The notes beneath the pieces were generated by a model that was not told where the DNA came from, did not search any database, and saw only the letters and a program-made list of their open reading frames with translations. From Gammaproteobacteria bacterium (GTDB lineage Bacteria > Pseudomonadota > Gammaproteobacteria > Eutrophobiales > Eutrophobiaceae), in the NCBI GenBank assembly GCA_965221695.1, contig OZ244905.1, forward strand, positions 576,001 to 640,000: a DNA stretch of 64,000 nucleotides, given 5' to 3'. Of the stretch, positions 29,446-39,987 are shown piece by piece. Position 1 is the first letter of the stretch. Each line of letters opens with the position of its first letter. A program made the position numbers and the translations under genes.

Positions 29446-30434
29446 TTAATGTAAGGCATTACCTTTTCTGCCAGGGTATTAACCACCACATCAGGATGCT
29501 TGGTAGCAATCGGCAGAACGAAGTTATTTATACCCAATTGATTTAATTCACGCAGCCGGGGGATAACCTCGTCCGGCGTGCCGGTAACGGCTACCGCGTC
29601 CAATATCCGATCGGTGATCAGCCCGGCTTGCGCGGCATCCATACTGCCATGTTGCTGATAATCGTATTTTTCCTTCATCACCTGCAGGTCTTGGAGCAGT
29701 CCGGCAGGCAGATCATCGTGCGGCACGGCCTTATAAATTGTGCTGGCTGCCACTGAGGCATAGCCACGAGCCTCGGCGCGCGCCTGCTCGCGATCGTCGG
29801 AGACGACAAAGGCCAGACGCTGATACAGTTTGATCTCGGACAACGCGCGCCCTGCAGCGCGCGCGCCGATTTCGATATTCTTTTTGGCATAGCGCGCCAG
29901 TTGCAGGTCGGCGCCGACTTGAAACAGGACTCCATCGGCTATGCGCCCGGCCAGTTGCAGTGACTTCGGGCCGGTACAGGCGATGACTACAGGCGCTTTG
30001 CGCGAGGGCCAGCTTACCTTTATATCTTGTCCGTCATGATTGGCCTCCTCGCCGGCCATCAGACGCCGGACCGTATTGATGACCTCCTCCAAGCGTTTGA
30101 GTCGGACTGGTCGCTCGCCGATGGTATGCGCGGCGCTATCCCCGACACCTACACCTAACACAGCGCGTCCGCCGGAATATTCATCCAAGGTGGCAAAACT
30201 GTGCGCCAGCACCGCAGGGTGGCGGGTAATGACATTGGTGACACCGGTGGCAAGTTCCATGCTCTCTGTGCGGTCCGCGAACAAGGTCAGAGCCATGTAA
30301 GCATCGCGAAACACGGATTGGGAGTCCGCGACCCAGATACCGCGGAAGCCCATTGCCTCGGCGCGCGCGACCCAGCCGACAAAATCTGCCAAGGGGCGAT
30401 TGGGCAGTATGCCAATATGGAATGAAGCGGGCAT
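29442..30434 (-). CDS. LLM-class (Mer-like) oxidoreductase, possibly F420-dependent
   Basis: AEAMGF..IWVADSQ, ATGVTN..TRHP, SGGRAVLGVGVGD, GPKSLQLAGRIADG. Confidence 0.85.
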   Translation of the reverse strand: MPASFHIGILPNRPLADFVGWVARAEAMGFRGIWVADSQSVFRDAYMALTLFADRTESMELATGVTNVITRHPAVLAHSFATLDEYSGGRAVLGVGVGDSAAHTIGERPVRLKRLEEVINTVRRLMAGEEANHDGQDIKVSWPSRKAPVVIACTGPKSLQLAGRIADGVLFQVGADLQLARYAKKNIEIGARAAGRALSEIKLYQRLAFVVSDDREQARAEARGYASVAASTIYKAVPHDDLPAGLLQDLQVMKEKYDYQQHGSMDAAQAGLITDRILDAVAVTGTPDEVIPRLRELNQLGINNFVLPIATKHPDVVVNTLAEKVMPYIN

Positions 30435-30448
30435 GGATGGGTATTCGG

Positions 30449-32494
30449 TTACCTGGCGCTCACTTCCACCCAGGCGTCGTAGGCAGCCTGGCCAACGCTA
30501 AATGGCAACAGGTTGACGGCGCTGTCGGGCACACAGCGGGCGCCGGAGGTGAGGCTGTTTGCGTCCGGCCAACCATCGTGCATCCATACCGTGCCTGGCA
30601 AGACGTCATCTGTCACTCGGGCAAACGCCTCGCATTCCCCGCGCTCGTTATGCAGCTTGATGGGCATGCCATCGGTGAGACCTCGTTCCGCCGCATCCGC
30701 AGTCGATATCCATAGCATAGGCCCAGGTTCCAACCTGTCGATCGAAGGCAGCGCCCGGCCATGGTCGTAGAAGGCATGAAAATGGGTCAGCGCCCGTCCA
30801 TTGCGTAGTTCCAGCGGATACGCCGACCCCGAGCGCGGCCGGTACTCGGGCAACGCCGGCAAGCCGTGTTGTGCGGCGCGTTCCGAATAGAATTCCAGTT
30901 TGCCGGAAGGAGTTGCGTAACGGTGGTCCGGGTGAGCCACATGGGAGATATTCAATTCTCCTATGCCGCCGTTTGCGCGCAAGGACTCGACCGTGGCATG
31001 ACCGGTTGCGGGATGATCCAGCGTTGCATCGATATGACCATGTTTGCTCTCCCACGGGTAGAAATTCCTGATATTCAGACGTTGTGCCAGGTCCTTAAGA
31101 AAATCCGCCATACTGCGGGTCTCGCCGGGTGCAGGCAATGCCTGGTCCATCAGGTACAGGTGGGTATGGGTACCCTTAACACCGGTGTCTTCCAGCCATG
31201 ATGTGGCAGGTAGAACCACATGCGCGTGCTTCCGGATCATGTCGTTCATAAACAGGTCATAGCTAACGACCAGTTCCATTTTCTCAAGGCCGTATTCCAA
31301 CCGCTTTGCATCTGCAAAAGACGACAGCATGTTGGTCCCCAGCAGCAGAAAAGCGCGAATCCGGCTCTGTTCTATGGCCTCCAGAATAGCGGGCATCTGG
31401 TTGGGTATGTAGTCGCCCGGCGGACGCTCTTCAAAATTGATGATGTGGTTGGTAGCGAAGCCATGAGAAGGAGCTGCATGGCGCGGGCCCAGGCCGCAGC
31501 CGGGCTTGCCGGACTTACCGGTAAGCGCCGGCAGGCAGGAAACCGTTCGCGCGGCCTGCCAGCCATTTTGATCCTTGTACAGGGAACTGCCACCCAGTAG
31601 GATCATGGCCCGTTCGATTCCTGCGTAAGCGCGGGCAAACTCGATGATACGAGCCGGTTCCAGACCGGTGATCGTCCCGGCCCAGGCCGGTGGACATTCC
31701 TGAACATGCTCGCTTAGCTGGGCAAACCCCGTGGTATGTTGTTCAATGAAGTCACGATCATGCAAGTCATCGGTGATGATCTGATACATCATGGCCAACG
31801 CAAGCGCTGCGTCCGTGCCTGGCTTGATCAGAAAATACTCGTCAGCGAGCCTGCAAGACTCGCTCATGCGCACATCAATAGCGATCAACTTGGCTCCGCG
31901 CCGCCGGGCCGCGGCAATGTGGCGTCCGGTATTGGGCTGGCTGGCCAGGTTCGCGCCCCAGAGGATAATCAGATCCGAATTTTTACCCATATCCTCCTTG
32001 GTGTTTGCTTCCAGCAGACCGGTGAGTCCCAGGCCGAAACCTCCCAGGCCCCAGCAGATCATGCTCGGGTCCCACCACTGGCAACCGTACATGTTGCCGA
32101 ATCTGAGAGACAGTTCCGCATGAGCAAAGGTTCCGTAATCGTTGGCCAGCACACCATGTCCGGGCCATAGCCCCACAGATTCCCGTCCAACGGCCTGGAA
32201 ACCCTGGACAATACAATCCAGGGCATCATCCCAGCTCACCACGTCCCAGTTGCCGCTCGCGCGCTTGCTGCGCATCATGGGATAGAGGATACGCCGGGGA
32301 TTGTCTATTATCTCGCCGGCTGCCTGTCCGCGCGCGCAAAGGAAGCCGCGGCTATCCGGGTTCTGCTTATCGCCGGTGATTTTAACCAGCCGGTTGCCGG
32401 CAACGGTGACCTGCATCCCACACAGCGTAGGATGACAATTCATGGGGCACATGGTGCGGACTGTGCGTGATTCCTGAGGCTGTAGAGGTGTCAT
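30449..32494 (-). CDS. Cytoplasmic DMSO-reductase-family molybdopterin oxidoreductase
   Basis: CPMNCHPTLC...LCARG Fe-S motif, PGTDAALALA, VVLPATSWLE, TPSGKLEF; no Tat signal. Confidence 0.88.
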   Translation of the reverse strand: MTPLQPQESRTVRTMCPMNCHPTLCGMQVTVAGNRLVKITGDKQNPDSRGFLCARGQAAGEIIDNPRRILYPMMRSKRASGNWDVVSWDDALDCIVQGFQAVGRESVGLWPGHGVLANDYGTFAHAELSLRFGNMYGCQWWDPSMICWGLGGFGLGLTGLLEANTKEDMGKNSDLIILWGANLASQPNTGRHIAAARRRGAKLIAIDVRMSESCRLADEYFLIKPGTDAALALAMMYQIITDDLHDRDFIEQHTTGFAQLSEHVQECPPAWAGTITGLEPARIIEFARAYAGIERAMILLGGSSLYKDQNGWQAARTVSCLPALTGKSGKPGCGLGPRHAAPSHGFATNHIINFEERPPGDYIPNQMPAILEAIEQSRIRAFLLLGTNMLSSFADAKRLEYGLEKMELVVSYDLFMNDMIRKHAHVVLPATSWLEDTGVKGTHTHLYLMDQALPAPGETRSMADFLKDLAQRLNIRNFYPWESKHGHIDATLDHPATGHATVESLRANGGIGELNISHVAHPDHRYATPSGKLEFYSERAAQHGLPALPEYRPRSGSAYPLELRNGRALTHFHAFYDHGRALPSIDRLEPGPMLWISTADAAERGLTDGMPIKLHNERGECEAFARVTDDVLPGTVWMHDGWPDANSLTSGARCVPDSAVNLLPFSVGQAAYDAWVEVSAR

Positions 32495-32532
32495 AGGAAG
32501 CGTTCAGTCAGCCGGGATATATGCCGTGTCGG

Positions 32533-33165
32533 TCACTTTACCCGCAGGTGGTAAGCGAACTGAGGGCAGATGTGCCCTTTTACCTCGGTTTCGGATTCTC
32601 CCAACAGTTTCACCTCACACCAGGGATTGAAAAGCGCTTCGACCTCATCCCGGAATACCCGGAATGGTGGCGGGTTGATCTGGCCATCCTGATAAGTCAG
32701 GGTGATGAGCAAGGCTTGCATGTCAGGTTGCAACAAGGTGTTCATGCTTGCGGCATATTGCGCGCGCCGGTCATGAGGCAAAGCAATAAGCGACGCGCGG
32801 TCGTATACCGCAACCACATCGGACAGCCGCCCTGGCTCCAAAGAAAAGAAATCGCCGCACAGAAATTCCAACTGTTCCGAGCGATACCTGATAAACGGGC
32901 CATCCCGGTCACGCTCCGCGTCCAAGCCATTTTCTTCGATAAACGACCGGGCGGCAATCTCGCTCAGTTCCACGCCAAGCACATGGTACCCCTGAGCCAT
33001 CAACCAGATCATGTCCTTGGACTTTCCACACAGGGGCACAAAGACCTTGCTACCCGCAGGAATGCTCAGGCCGGGCCATCTGTTGACCAACACGGGGTTG
33101 AAATCCTGCTGGTGGAAGGCCAGTTCATTCGCTTCCCACTTCTCATGCCAGAAATGATGTTCCAT
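32533..33165 (-). CDS. tpm: Thiopurine S-methyltransferase
   Basis: FWHEKW, VFVPLCGKSKDM, YDRASLIALP, PPF. Confidence 0.93.
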   Translation of the reverse strand: MEHHFWHEKWEANELAFHQQDFNPVLVNRWPGLSIPAGSKVFVPLCGKSKDMIWLMAQGYHVLGVELSEIAARSFIEENGLDAERDRDGPFIRYRSEQLEFLCGDFFSLEPGRLSDVVAVYDRASLIALPHDRRAQYAASMNTLLQPDMQALLITLTYQDGQINPPPFRVFRDEVEALFNPWCEVKLLGESETEVKGHICPQFAYHLRVK

Positions 33166-33419
33166 GCCAGCGGATTATATCAGACAGAATTGGGATGCCA
33201 ATAAAATGATGCTGCTCTTGTAGCGATGTTGATCAATCAGCATAAACCCCTCAAGATCAGGGCGCTACTGCACATGTATGTAACTACTGTGTCGCTTGAT
33301 GAGCGACCCCTTCTCTCACTGAATTCCCGTTTGCATTACCGGAATGGTATGCAAGGCGATTCCATGAACATCGCAAGAGAACCACTCGCACAACAGCCGG
33401 AGTCCAGTCAAAAGGAAAA

Positions 33420-34475
33420 TTAGCCAGGCGCTTTAACTTTGTGGTAGAACTGGATTATTGCCCCATCCGGGGTCTTGATAGAGAAGATATCGACTTGGCC
33501 CAGCAGTTCCATATCGGCGCGACTTATAGGGCGATGTATAGGCCAGCCCCGGCTTTTAATTTCTGTCTCTGCTACGGCAACATCCGCCACTTCGAATCGG
33601 ACCGCTAGAATGCCCAGGTTCGGCGCATCACACCGGCCCGAGTAATCCTGGCCATCAAGTCCTCTTATCTCGATCATTTCCATTCGCCCGAACTCGCCCG
33701 GTGTCGGGTATACGATGCTGGCCTGGTATGGGATTGTTGTGGTCAGGTTAATGGGCAATCCAAGTGGGGTGGGAGTAGGCGTCTTGGCTGTGTAGGGTTC
33801 GCCATGGTAGAAGGTGGCAAAACCCAGGACTCTGGTGAAGAAGTCATAGGAGATATCCCGATCGCGCACCATCTGCATGATGTTAAACGGGCGTGTCATG
33901 CGCTCGAAAGGCGGGATGTCTGACGGCAACGGCGGCGAAAGCCGCTCATATCCTTGCACCTGTATCCCGTCCGGTCCCCGGAATATAGTAATGTTTAGCT
34001 TCGATGCGCCGAATTCCAGGTAGGTAATAGGCGTTTCTGTCCACCAACCAATGGCGATGGCATCATCATAGACGGACTGCATGTCCTTCATGCGCGCCAT
34101 CAGGCTGAAGTAGCAGCCGGTATCCCAGGCCCTGGCTCCCGGTCTCATGGGCGCGCGCCGCCCGGCACGGTCGAATCGTATCAACCGGAGGTTCGCCTGG
34201 TTCTCGCCTGGCCTGCCAAGGATCAACATCTCCCCGGTTGCCTCCGCCGCCAGTCCCCAGGTAGCAATTTCGGAAGCGGAAACGCTCCCATGCGCCTTGT
34301 TCTCATAGCCGCCAATTTCATGGAAAAATCGAGCGCTTGCCCGCAAATCGGTAACACTGAGCACGGCCTCCTGCCAGGGCTTGTTAGTGATCGGCGTCAC
34401 TTCACTCGCTGCGCCGCCCGCGCCGATAACAAGGCTGCATACGACACACAACATTACTGATATTAGCGTTTTCAC
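33420..34475 (-). CDS. Exported VOC/glyoxalase-fold protein
   Basis: Signal peptide; repeated VTDL..SARFF, RGPDG and KTPDGAIIQF VOC modules. Confidence 0.7.
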   Translation of the reverse strand: MKTLISVMLCVVCSLVIGAGGAASEVTPITNKPWQEAVLSVTDLRASARFFHEIGGYENKAHGSVSASEIATWGLAAEATGEMLILGRPGENQANLRLIRFDRAGRRAPMRPGARAWDTGCYFSLMARMKDMQSVYDDAIAIGWWTETPITYLEFGASKLNITIFRGPDGIQVQGYERLSPPLPSDIPPFERMTRPFNIMQMVRDRDISYDFFTRVLGFATFYHGEPYTAKTPTPTPLGLPINLTTTIPYQASIVYPTPGEFGRMEMIEIRGLDGQDYSGRCDAPNLGILAVRFEVADVAVAETEIKSRGWPIHRPISRADMELLGQVDIFSIKTPDGAIIQFYHKVKAPG

Positions 34476-34478
34476 GGG

Positions 34479-34955
34479 TTAACCCGCAATCAGATTCAAC
34501 GGCAACTGATTGGTGCACTTGATCTCCGAGACGGCCATCCTGGAATTGACTTCACGCACCATGGGCAGGGACAGCAACTTGTGCAGGAAACGCTCGTAGG
34601 CGTGGATGTCGGTAGTGACGACCTTGAGCAGGAAGTCTATCTCCCCCATGACCGTGTAGCATTCCAGCACTTCCGGCAGTTTCTCCACGGCTTGCTGAAA
34701 ATTGGGCAGAGCTTCTCGACCATGCGCTTCCAATCGAATCTCCGCAAACACGATGACATCCAGACCCAGGCGGTTGTGGTCCAGGATTGCCACCCGTTTT
34801 TTCAGAACCCCGGCATCTTCCAGGCGTTTCAGCCTGCGCCAGCAAGGCGAGACGGACAAACCGATCTTTGCCGCCAGTTCGCTGATCGTCAGCCCGGCGT
34901 CATGTTGCAAAACAGCAAGGATATTTCTGTCGAACTTATCGAGCTTATAGACCAT
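34479..34955 (-). CDS. bkdR: Lrp/AsnC-family regulator (BkdR-like)
   Basis: LDKFDRNIL, GLSVSPCWRRLKRLE, EVLECY; divergent from bkd operon. Confidence 0.8.
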   Translation of the reverse strand: MVYKLDKFDRNILAVLQHDAGLTISELAAKIGLSVSPCWRRLKRLEDAGVLKKRVAILDHNRLGLDVIVFAEIRLEAHGREALPNFQQAVEKLPEVLECYTVMGEIDFLLKVVTTDIHAYERFLHKLLSLPMVREVNSRMAVSEIKCTNQLPLNLIAG

Positions 34956-35055
34956 ATTTACCTGTGAAATAAGATTTTAAGAAATATTTTTTCTGATTAT
35001 CGGCATTTCACACGAAAAAAGCAAAAACAATCCTCTTTTTCCCACTTATACTTTG

Positions 35056-35082
35056 GGAGCCTCTGATTAAGTCAGAGGTTCC
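35056..35082. repeat. Mini-palindrome family copy (reverse orientation) in the bkd leader
   Basis: GGAGCCTCTGA-TTAAG-TCAGAGGTTCC. Confidence 0.85.
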
Positions 35083-35109
35083 TTTATTGAAAAACTATCA
35101 TACATTGAT

Positions 35110-36336
35110 ATGGCTGCCAGATTGCATATTCCTACCGCGCCGTACCGCCCCGGAGAAGAACCGGATTTCAAGGCTATCGCCCTGACCAAGCCCGGCGCGC
35201 TGGACTGTCCCGACGAGCTGGCGCCCGCTAACGAGATCAGCGCCCTGTCGTTCGGTCTGATCCGCATCCTTGATGAGAATAATCAAGCTGTGGGGCCTTG
35301 GCGCCCTGAACTGTCCGCCGATATGTTGCGTGACGGCTTGCGCCATATGCTGCTGACGCGCCTGTATGATGATCGTATGTTCAGGATGCAGCGCCAGGGG
35401 AAATTGTCTTTCTACCTGAAATGTACTGGCGAGGAAGCTGTCTCGATCGCGCAGTGTATGGCGCTGGATAAGGATGACATGCTGTTCCCTACTTATCGGC
35501 AGCAGGGCCTGCTCATCGCGCGCGGCTATCCCCTTCAGGAGATGATGTGCCAGTGTCTGTCCAATGCCGGCGACAAACTGCAGGGGCGCCAGTTGCCGGT
35601 CTTGTACAGTTCGGACGCCTATAACTTTTTCACCATCTCCGGCAACCTGGGCACGCAGTTTTCTCAGGCTGTCGGCTGGGCCATGGCCGCTGAATACAAA
35701 AAGACCAGCGATATTGCCGCGGCCTGGGTAGGCGAAGGTACCAGCGCTGAAGCAGATTTCCATTATGCTCTTACCTTCAGCGCCGTATACCAGGCGCCGG
35801 TGGTATTAAATGTAGTGAATAACCAATGGGCTATCTCTACCAACCAGAATGTCGCCGGTGGCGAACAAAACCCGTTTGCCGCCCGCGCTATCGGCTACGG
35901 CATCCCCGGCCTACGCGTGGATGGCAATGACTTTCTGGCAGTGTTCGCCGCTACCCGCTGGGCCGCGCGCAGGGCGCGCGCAGGTGGCGGCCCAACCCTG
36001 ATCGAATTGTATACCTATCGCGCCGGAGCACATTCCAGCAGCGATGACCCGGGCAGGTATCGGCCTGTCGATGAGTGGGAGAACTGGCCTCTGGGCGATC
36101 CCATTAAGCGGTTAAAACAGTACTTAATCGCCTCGAATGAGTGGTCGGAAACAGATCACGAACAACTTAAGCAGGAACTGGAGGAGATAGTGAGCGCTAC
36201 CTGGAAGGAAGCGCTGGCGTTGGGCGATCTGAATGAAGGCCCGCGCCCGCCTGATTCGGCCATGTTCGAACATGTCTATAAGGAAATGCCGCCGCACCTT
36301 ATCGAACAACGCCGTCAGTTTGAGGCAATGAAATGA
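35110..36336 (+). CDS. bkdA1: Branched-chain 2-oxoacid dehydrogenase E1 alpha
   Basis: RPGEEPDF, QRQGKLSFY, PTYRQQG, NNQWAIS, HSSSDDP. Confidence 0.93.
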   Translation: MAARLHIPTAPYRPGEEPDFKAIALTKPGALDCPDELAPANEISALSFGLIRILDENNQAVGPWRPELSADMLRDGLRHMLLTRLYDDRMFRMQRQGKLSFYLKCTGEEAVSIAQCMALDKDDMLFPTYRQQGLLIARGYPLQEMMCQCLSNAGDKLQGRQLPVLYSSDAYNFFTISGNLGTQFSQAVGWAMAAEYKKTSDIAAAWVGEGTSAEADFHYALTFSAVYQAPVVLNVVNNQWAISTNQNVAGGEQNPFAARAIGYGIPGLRVDGNDFLAVFAATRWAARRARAGGGPTLIELYTYRAGAHSSSDDPGRYRPVDEWENWPLGDPIKRLKQYLIASNEWSETDHEQLKQELEEIVSATWKEALALGDLNEGPRPPDSAMFEHVYKEMPPHLIEQRRQFEAMK

Positions 36337-37418
36337 ACACGCAATCAAGTCCAGGACCACATCAGGCAACACAGTCCGAGGCAGCTAGGGCAGCGCGTCA
36401 GGACACGCGCTCGATGTCCATGATCCAAGCCCTGAATTCGGCGATGGACGTGATGCTGGAACGCGACCCAAAAGTGATCATTTTCGGCGAAGATGTGGGC
36501 TATTTCGGTGGCGTATTCCGCTGCACCGAAGGTCTGCAACAGAAGCACGGAGAGGATCGCGTGTTCGACACGCCTATTGCCGAGGGAGGAATTGTTGCTA
36601 CGGCCATTGGCATGGGTGTGAATGGTCTGCGGCCACTGGTCGAGATCCAGTTTGCTGATTACATCTATCCCGCTTTCGATCAGATTGCCAGCGAACTCGC
36701 CCGCCTGCGTTACCGTAGCGCCGGCCAGTTCTGGTCGCCGGTGACCATCCGCACACCCTGTGGAGGCGGCATACGTGGCGGGCAGACTCATTCACAAACG
36801 CCGGAGGCGCTGTTTGCTCATGTTTGCGGTCTGAAGACGGTCATGCCTTCCAATCCCTATGACGCCAAAGGTCTGCTGATCAGCGCAATTGAGGATGATG
36901 ACCCGGTCATCTTTTTTGAACCTAAGCGCCTCTACAACGGTCCGTTCGACGGTGACCCCGACAAACCATCCAGGAGCTGGGGCGACCACGACAAGGGCCA
37001 GGTCCCAACTGGCCACTACCGTGTGGCGCTGGGCCAGGCGGAAATCGCGCGCGCCGGGAACGATGTGACCGTTCTCGCCTACGGCACAATGGTGCACGTG
37101 GCGCTGGCGGCAGCGGCGCAGACGGGCATCGATGCCGAGGTGATCGATGTGCGCTCCCTGATGCCATTGGATGTAGATGCTCTCTGCGCTTCTGTGTGCC
37201 GCACTGGGCGTTGTATGATCGTGCATGAAGCCACGCGCCACTGTGGCTACGGCGCGGAGCTCTCGGCGCAGATGCAGGAACATTGCTTCTGGAACCTGGA
37301 AGCGCCCATTGAGCGGGTGACGGGGTGGGACACGCCCTACCCGCACGCGCAGGAATGGGCTTACTTCCCGGGGCAAGCGCGGGTAGCCGCGGCGTTGCAA
37401 CGGGTCATGGGCGCCTGA
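36333..37418 (+). CDS. bkdA2: Branched-chain 2-oxoacid dehydrogenase E1 beta
   Basis: GEDVGYFGGVFR, EIQFADY, GGQTHSQ, GWDTPYP. Confidence 0.94.
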   Translation: MNTQSSPGPHQATQSEAARAARQDTRSMSMIQALNSAMDVMLERDPKVIIFGEDVGYFGGVFRCTEGLQQKHGEDRVFDTPIAEGGIVATAIGMGVNGLRPLVEIQFADYIYPAFDQIASELARLRYRSAGQFWSPVTIRTPCGGGIRGGQTHSQTPEALFAHVCGLKTVMPSNPYDAKGLLISAIEDDDPVIFFEPKRLYNGPFDGDPDKPSRSWGDHDKGQVPTGHYRVALGQAEIARAGNDVTVLAYGTMVHVALAAAAQTGIDAEVIDVRSLMPLDVDALCASVCRTGRCMIVHEATRHCGYGAELSAQMQEHCFWNLEAPIERVTGWDTPYPHAQEWAYFPGQARVAAALQRVMGA

Positions 37419-37420
37419 TC

Positions 37421-38686
37421 ATGCCAGAGTATTCATTCAAACTGCCGGACCTGGGCGAAGGGACCGTGGAATCGGAGATTGTCGCCTGGCGCGTCGAAGT
37501 CGGCGATTTTGTCAACACGGACCAACCCCTGTTGGACATAATGACGGACAAGGCCACTATCGAAGTCACTGCGCCGGTAACCGGAACCCTGATTTCCGTC
37601 GCGGGCGAAGCCGGCGACCTTATTGCAGTAGGCGCCGAACTGGCGGTATTCTCTACCGCTGAGCAGGAACCGGCAGAGCAAGCGCTGGAAACGGTTACAG
37701 CCGGGGATACATCACCAAACGCTGAGGCAGCCGGCGATGCGCTGCTTTGTCATGCCAACGTAAGCGGAGTTGTGCCGATCGATCCCGACGCCACCAGGGA
37801 AACCGCGCCAACCAGCGCCAGGCCACAAACCTCCCCCGCCATTCGCCGCCTAGCCAGAGAACAAGGTATCGAGCTCAACCAGGTACGCGGCTCTGGGCCG
37901 AACGGACGCATCACCCGCGCGGATATCGACCAGTATCTGGAGCGATCGGAACCACAGCGCGTTTTTAAGACCAAAGCGGTTTCAACTGGCGCGCGTGAGA
38001 TTAAACTAACGGGGCTACGCCGCAAGGTCGCCGAGAAAATGGCGCTAAGCGCCAGCCGTATCCCACACTTCAGCTATGTCGAGGAAGCCGATGTCACTGA
38101 ACTGGAGCGGCTGCGCAGCCGCCTTAACGGGACGCGGCAGGAAGACCAACCCAAGCTCAGCTACCTGCCTTTCTTGATGCAGGCATTGGTAAAGGTGGCG
38201 CAGACGTTCCCATATTGCAACGCGCACTTTGACGACGAGAACCAGGTTATCAGGCAGTTCGATCCGGTCCACATAGGCATTGCCGTGCAGACAGAGCGCG
38301 GCCTGCTGGTACCGGTTATCCGTCACGCGCAGACCCTGGACCTTTGGCAGTGCGCCGCTGAACTGAAGGACATTGCAGAACGGGCCAGAAACAGGCGCGC
38401 CCGCAAACAGGAACTCAGCGGCTCGACAATTACCCTCTCCAGCCTGGGAGCGCTCGGCGGTATCGTGTCCACACCCATCATCAATTATCCCGAAGTCGCG
38501 ATCATCGGCATTAACCGGACCCGGCGGCGCCAGGTGTTCGAAGATGGCGGGGTCAGCAACCGCCTGGTGATGAATATCTCTTCTTCGTTCGACCACCGTG
38601 CACTGGACGGATATGAAGCTGCGCAAACCATCCGGGCGTTAAAAGGCTACCTGGAATCCCCGGCGACCCTGTTCCTGCACGCATAA
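37421..38686 (+). CDS. bkdB: Dihydrolipoyl acyltransferase E2
   Basis: LPDLGEG, TDKA lipoyl-Lys, GSGPNGRI, FDHR..DG; ATG at 37421. Confidence 0.92.
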   Translation: MPEYSFKLPDLGEGTVESEIVAWRVEVGDFVNTDQPLLDIMTDKATIEVTAPVTGTLISVAGEAGDLIAVGAELAVFSTAEQEPAEQALETVTAGDTSPNAEAAGDALLCHANVSGVVPIDPDATRETAPTSARPQTSPAIRRLAREQGIELNQVRGSGPNGRITRADIDQYLERSEPQRVFKTKAVSTGAREIKLTGLRRKVAEKMALSASRIPHFSYVEEADVTELERLRSRLNGTRQEDQPKLSYLPFLMQALVKVAQTFPYCNAHFDDENQVIRQFDPVHIGIAVQTERGLLVPVIRHAQTLDLWQCAAELKDIAERARNRRARKQELSGSTITLSSLGALGGIVSTPIINYPEVAIIGINRTRRRQVFEDGGVSNRLVMNISSSFDHRALDGYEAAQTIRALKGYLESPATLFLHA

Positions 38687-38760
38687 ACGATTAAGAATTT
38701 CCGGATAATAGGGTAAACTTAGTTACCTATGAATTTCATGCGGCGCAGTGAGCAAACCCA

Positions 38761-39552
38761 ATGATTGTCGAACAGATCTGGACCGGCAACGACTGGCGTA
38801 ACTTCAATTATCTTATTGCCTGCCCCGATACCGGCGAGGCGCTGGCGATTGACCCCCTGGACCATCGCAAGTGCCTGCGCCATGCGCGCGACCAGGGCTG
38901 GGATATCACCCAGGTACTCAACACCCATGAACACCATGACCACATCGGCGGCAACGCTGCGCTGATTGCCGAAACAGGCGCACAGTTGCTCGCTCACAAA
39001 AATGCGGTGGATCGGATTCCCGGTGTGGACAAAGCGTTATCCGCCGGCGATATCATCAAGGTCGGAAACCGCGTCGAGTTGGAGGCGCTGGATACACCGG
39101 GGCACACCATGAGCCACGTCTGCCTACTCTCGCATACGGACCAGATGTCCTTGTTCTGCGGGGACACCTTGTTCAATGCCGGCGCCGGCAACTGCCACAA
39201 TGGTGGCCATCCGAACCAGTTGTACATGACTTTTACCGGCCAACTGGCAAACCTGCCCGACAACACCCTGGTTTATCCGGGCCATGACTACATCATCAAC
39301 AACCTGCAGTTCACGCTGAGCAGAGAACCCGGCAATACCGAGGCGCGCGCGTTGCTGGACAACCTGGCCGACCAGGACCCGGATGACGCGCTGGTCACTA
39401 CCATCGGGCTGGAGAAGACGGTCAACACCTTTTTCCGTCTGAGAAATCCGGAAGTGATAGAGAAGCTACGCGAGTCGTTCCCTGATTTATCCGCCGACCC
39501 CGATGAGAAAACGGTCTTCCTGAAGTTACGGGAACTTCGTAACGACTGGTAG
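38761..39552 (+). CDS. gloB: Hydroxyacylglutathione hydrolase (glyoxalase II)
   Basis: THEHHDHIGG, TPGHT, GDTLF, YPGHDY, LRELRNDW. Confidence 0.82.
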   Translation: MIVEQIWTGNDWRNFNYLIACPDTGEALAIDPLDHRKCLRHARDQGWDITQVLNTHEHHDHIGGNAALIAETGAQLLAHKNAVDRIPGVDKALSAGDIIKVGNRVELEALDTPGHTMSHVCLLSHTDQMSLFCGDTLFNAGAGNCHNGGHPNQLYMTFTGQLANLPDNTLVYPGHDYIINNLQFTLSREPGNTEARALLDNLADQDPDDALVTTIGLEKTVNTFFRLRNPEVIEKLRESFPDLSADPDEKTVFLKLRELRNDW

Positions 39553-39559
39553 CACACCA

Positions 39560-39964
39560 TTGTCGACGCGCGCAATACTGCTTGCCGCCGACGGGTTGCT
39601 GATTATCCATACCCTGTTTATTGCTTTCGTGGTATTTGGGCTGCTGCTGGTTCTCGCCGGAACAGTCGCAAAATGGCGCTGGATCAGGAATCCCTGGTTC
39701 CGTTGCATTCATCTCGGCGCCATCGGCTTCGTAGCGCTGCAGTCCTGGCTGGGAATGATGTGCCCGCTGACGATCTGGGAAAATGCGCTGCGACAACTGG
39801 CAGGGCAGTCAGGCTATGGCGATTCGTTCATACAGTACTGGCTGCACAATCTGATCTTCTACCAGGCGGAAGCCTGGGTATTCACACTGTCTTATACCGC
39901 CTTTGGCGCACTCGTGGCGCTTGTCTGGCTACTGGCGCCCCCGGAATTTACAAAAAAGCAATAA
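39560..39964 (+). CDS. DUF2784-family membrane protein
   Basis: AD.LLIIH.LFIAFVVFG, HL, CPLT.WEN.LR, FI.YW. Confidence 0.8.
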   Translation: MSTRAILLAADGLLIIHTLFIAFVVFGLLLVLAGTVAKWRWIRNPWFRCIHLGAIGFVALQSWLGMMCPLTIWENALRQLAGQSGYGDSFIQYWLHNLIFYQAEAWVFTLSYTAFGALVALVWLLAPPEFTKKQ

Positions 39965-39987
39965 GTACAGCCCGCCCTGGCTTAAAA

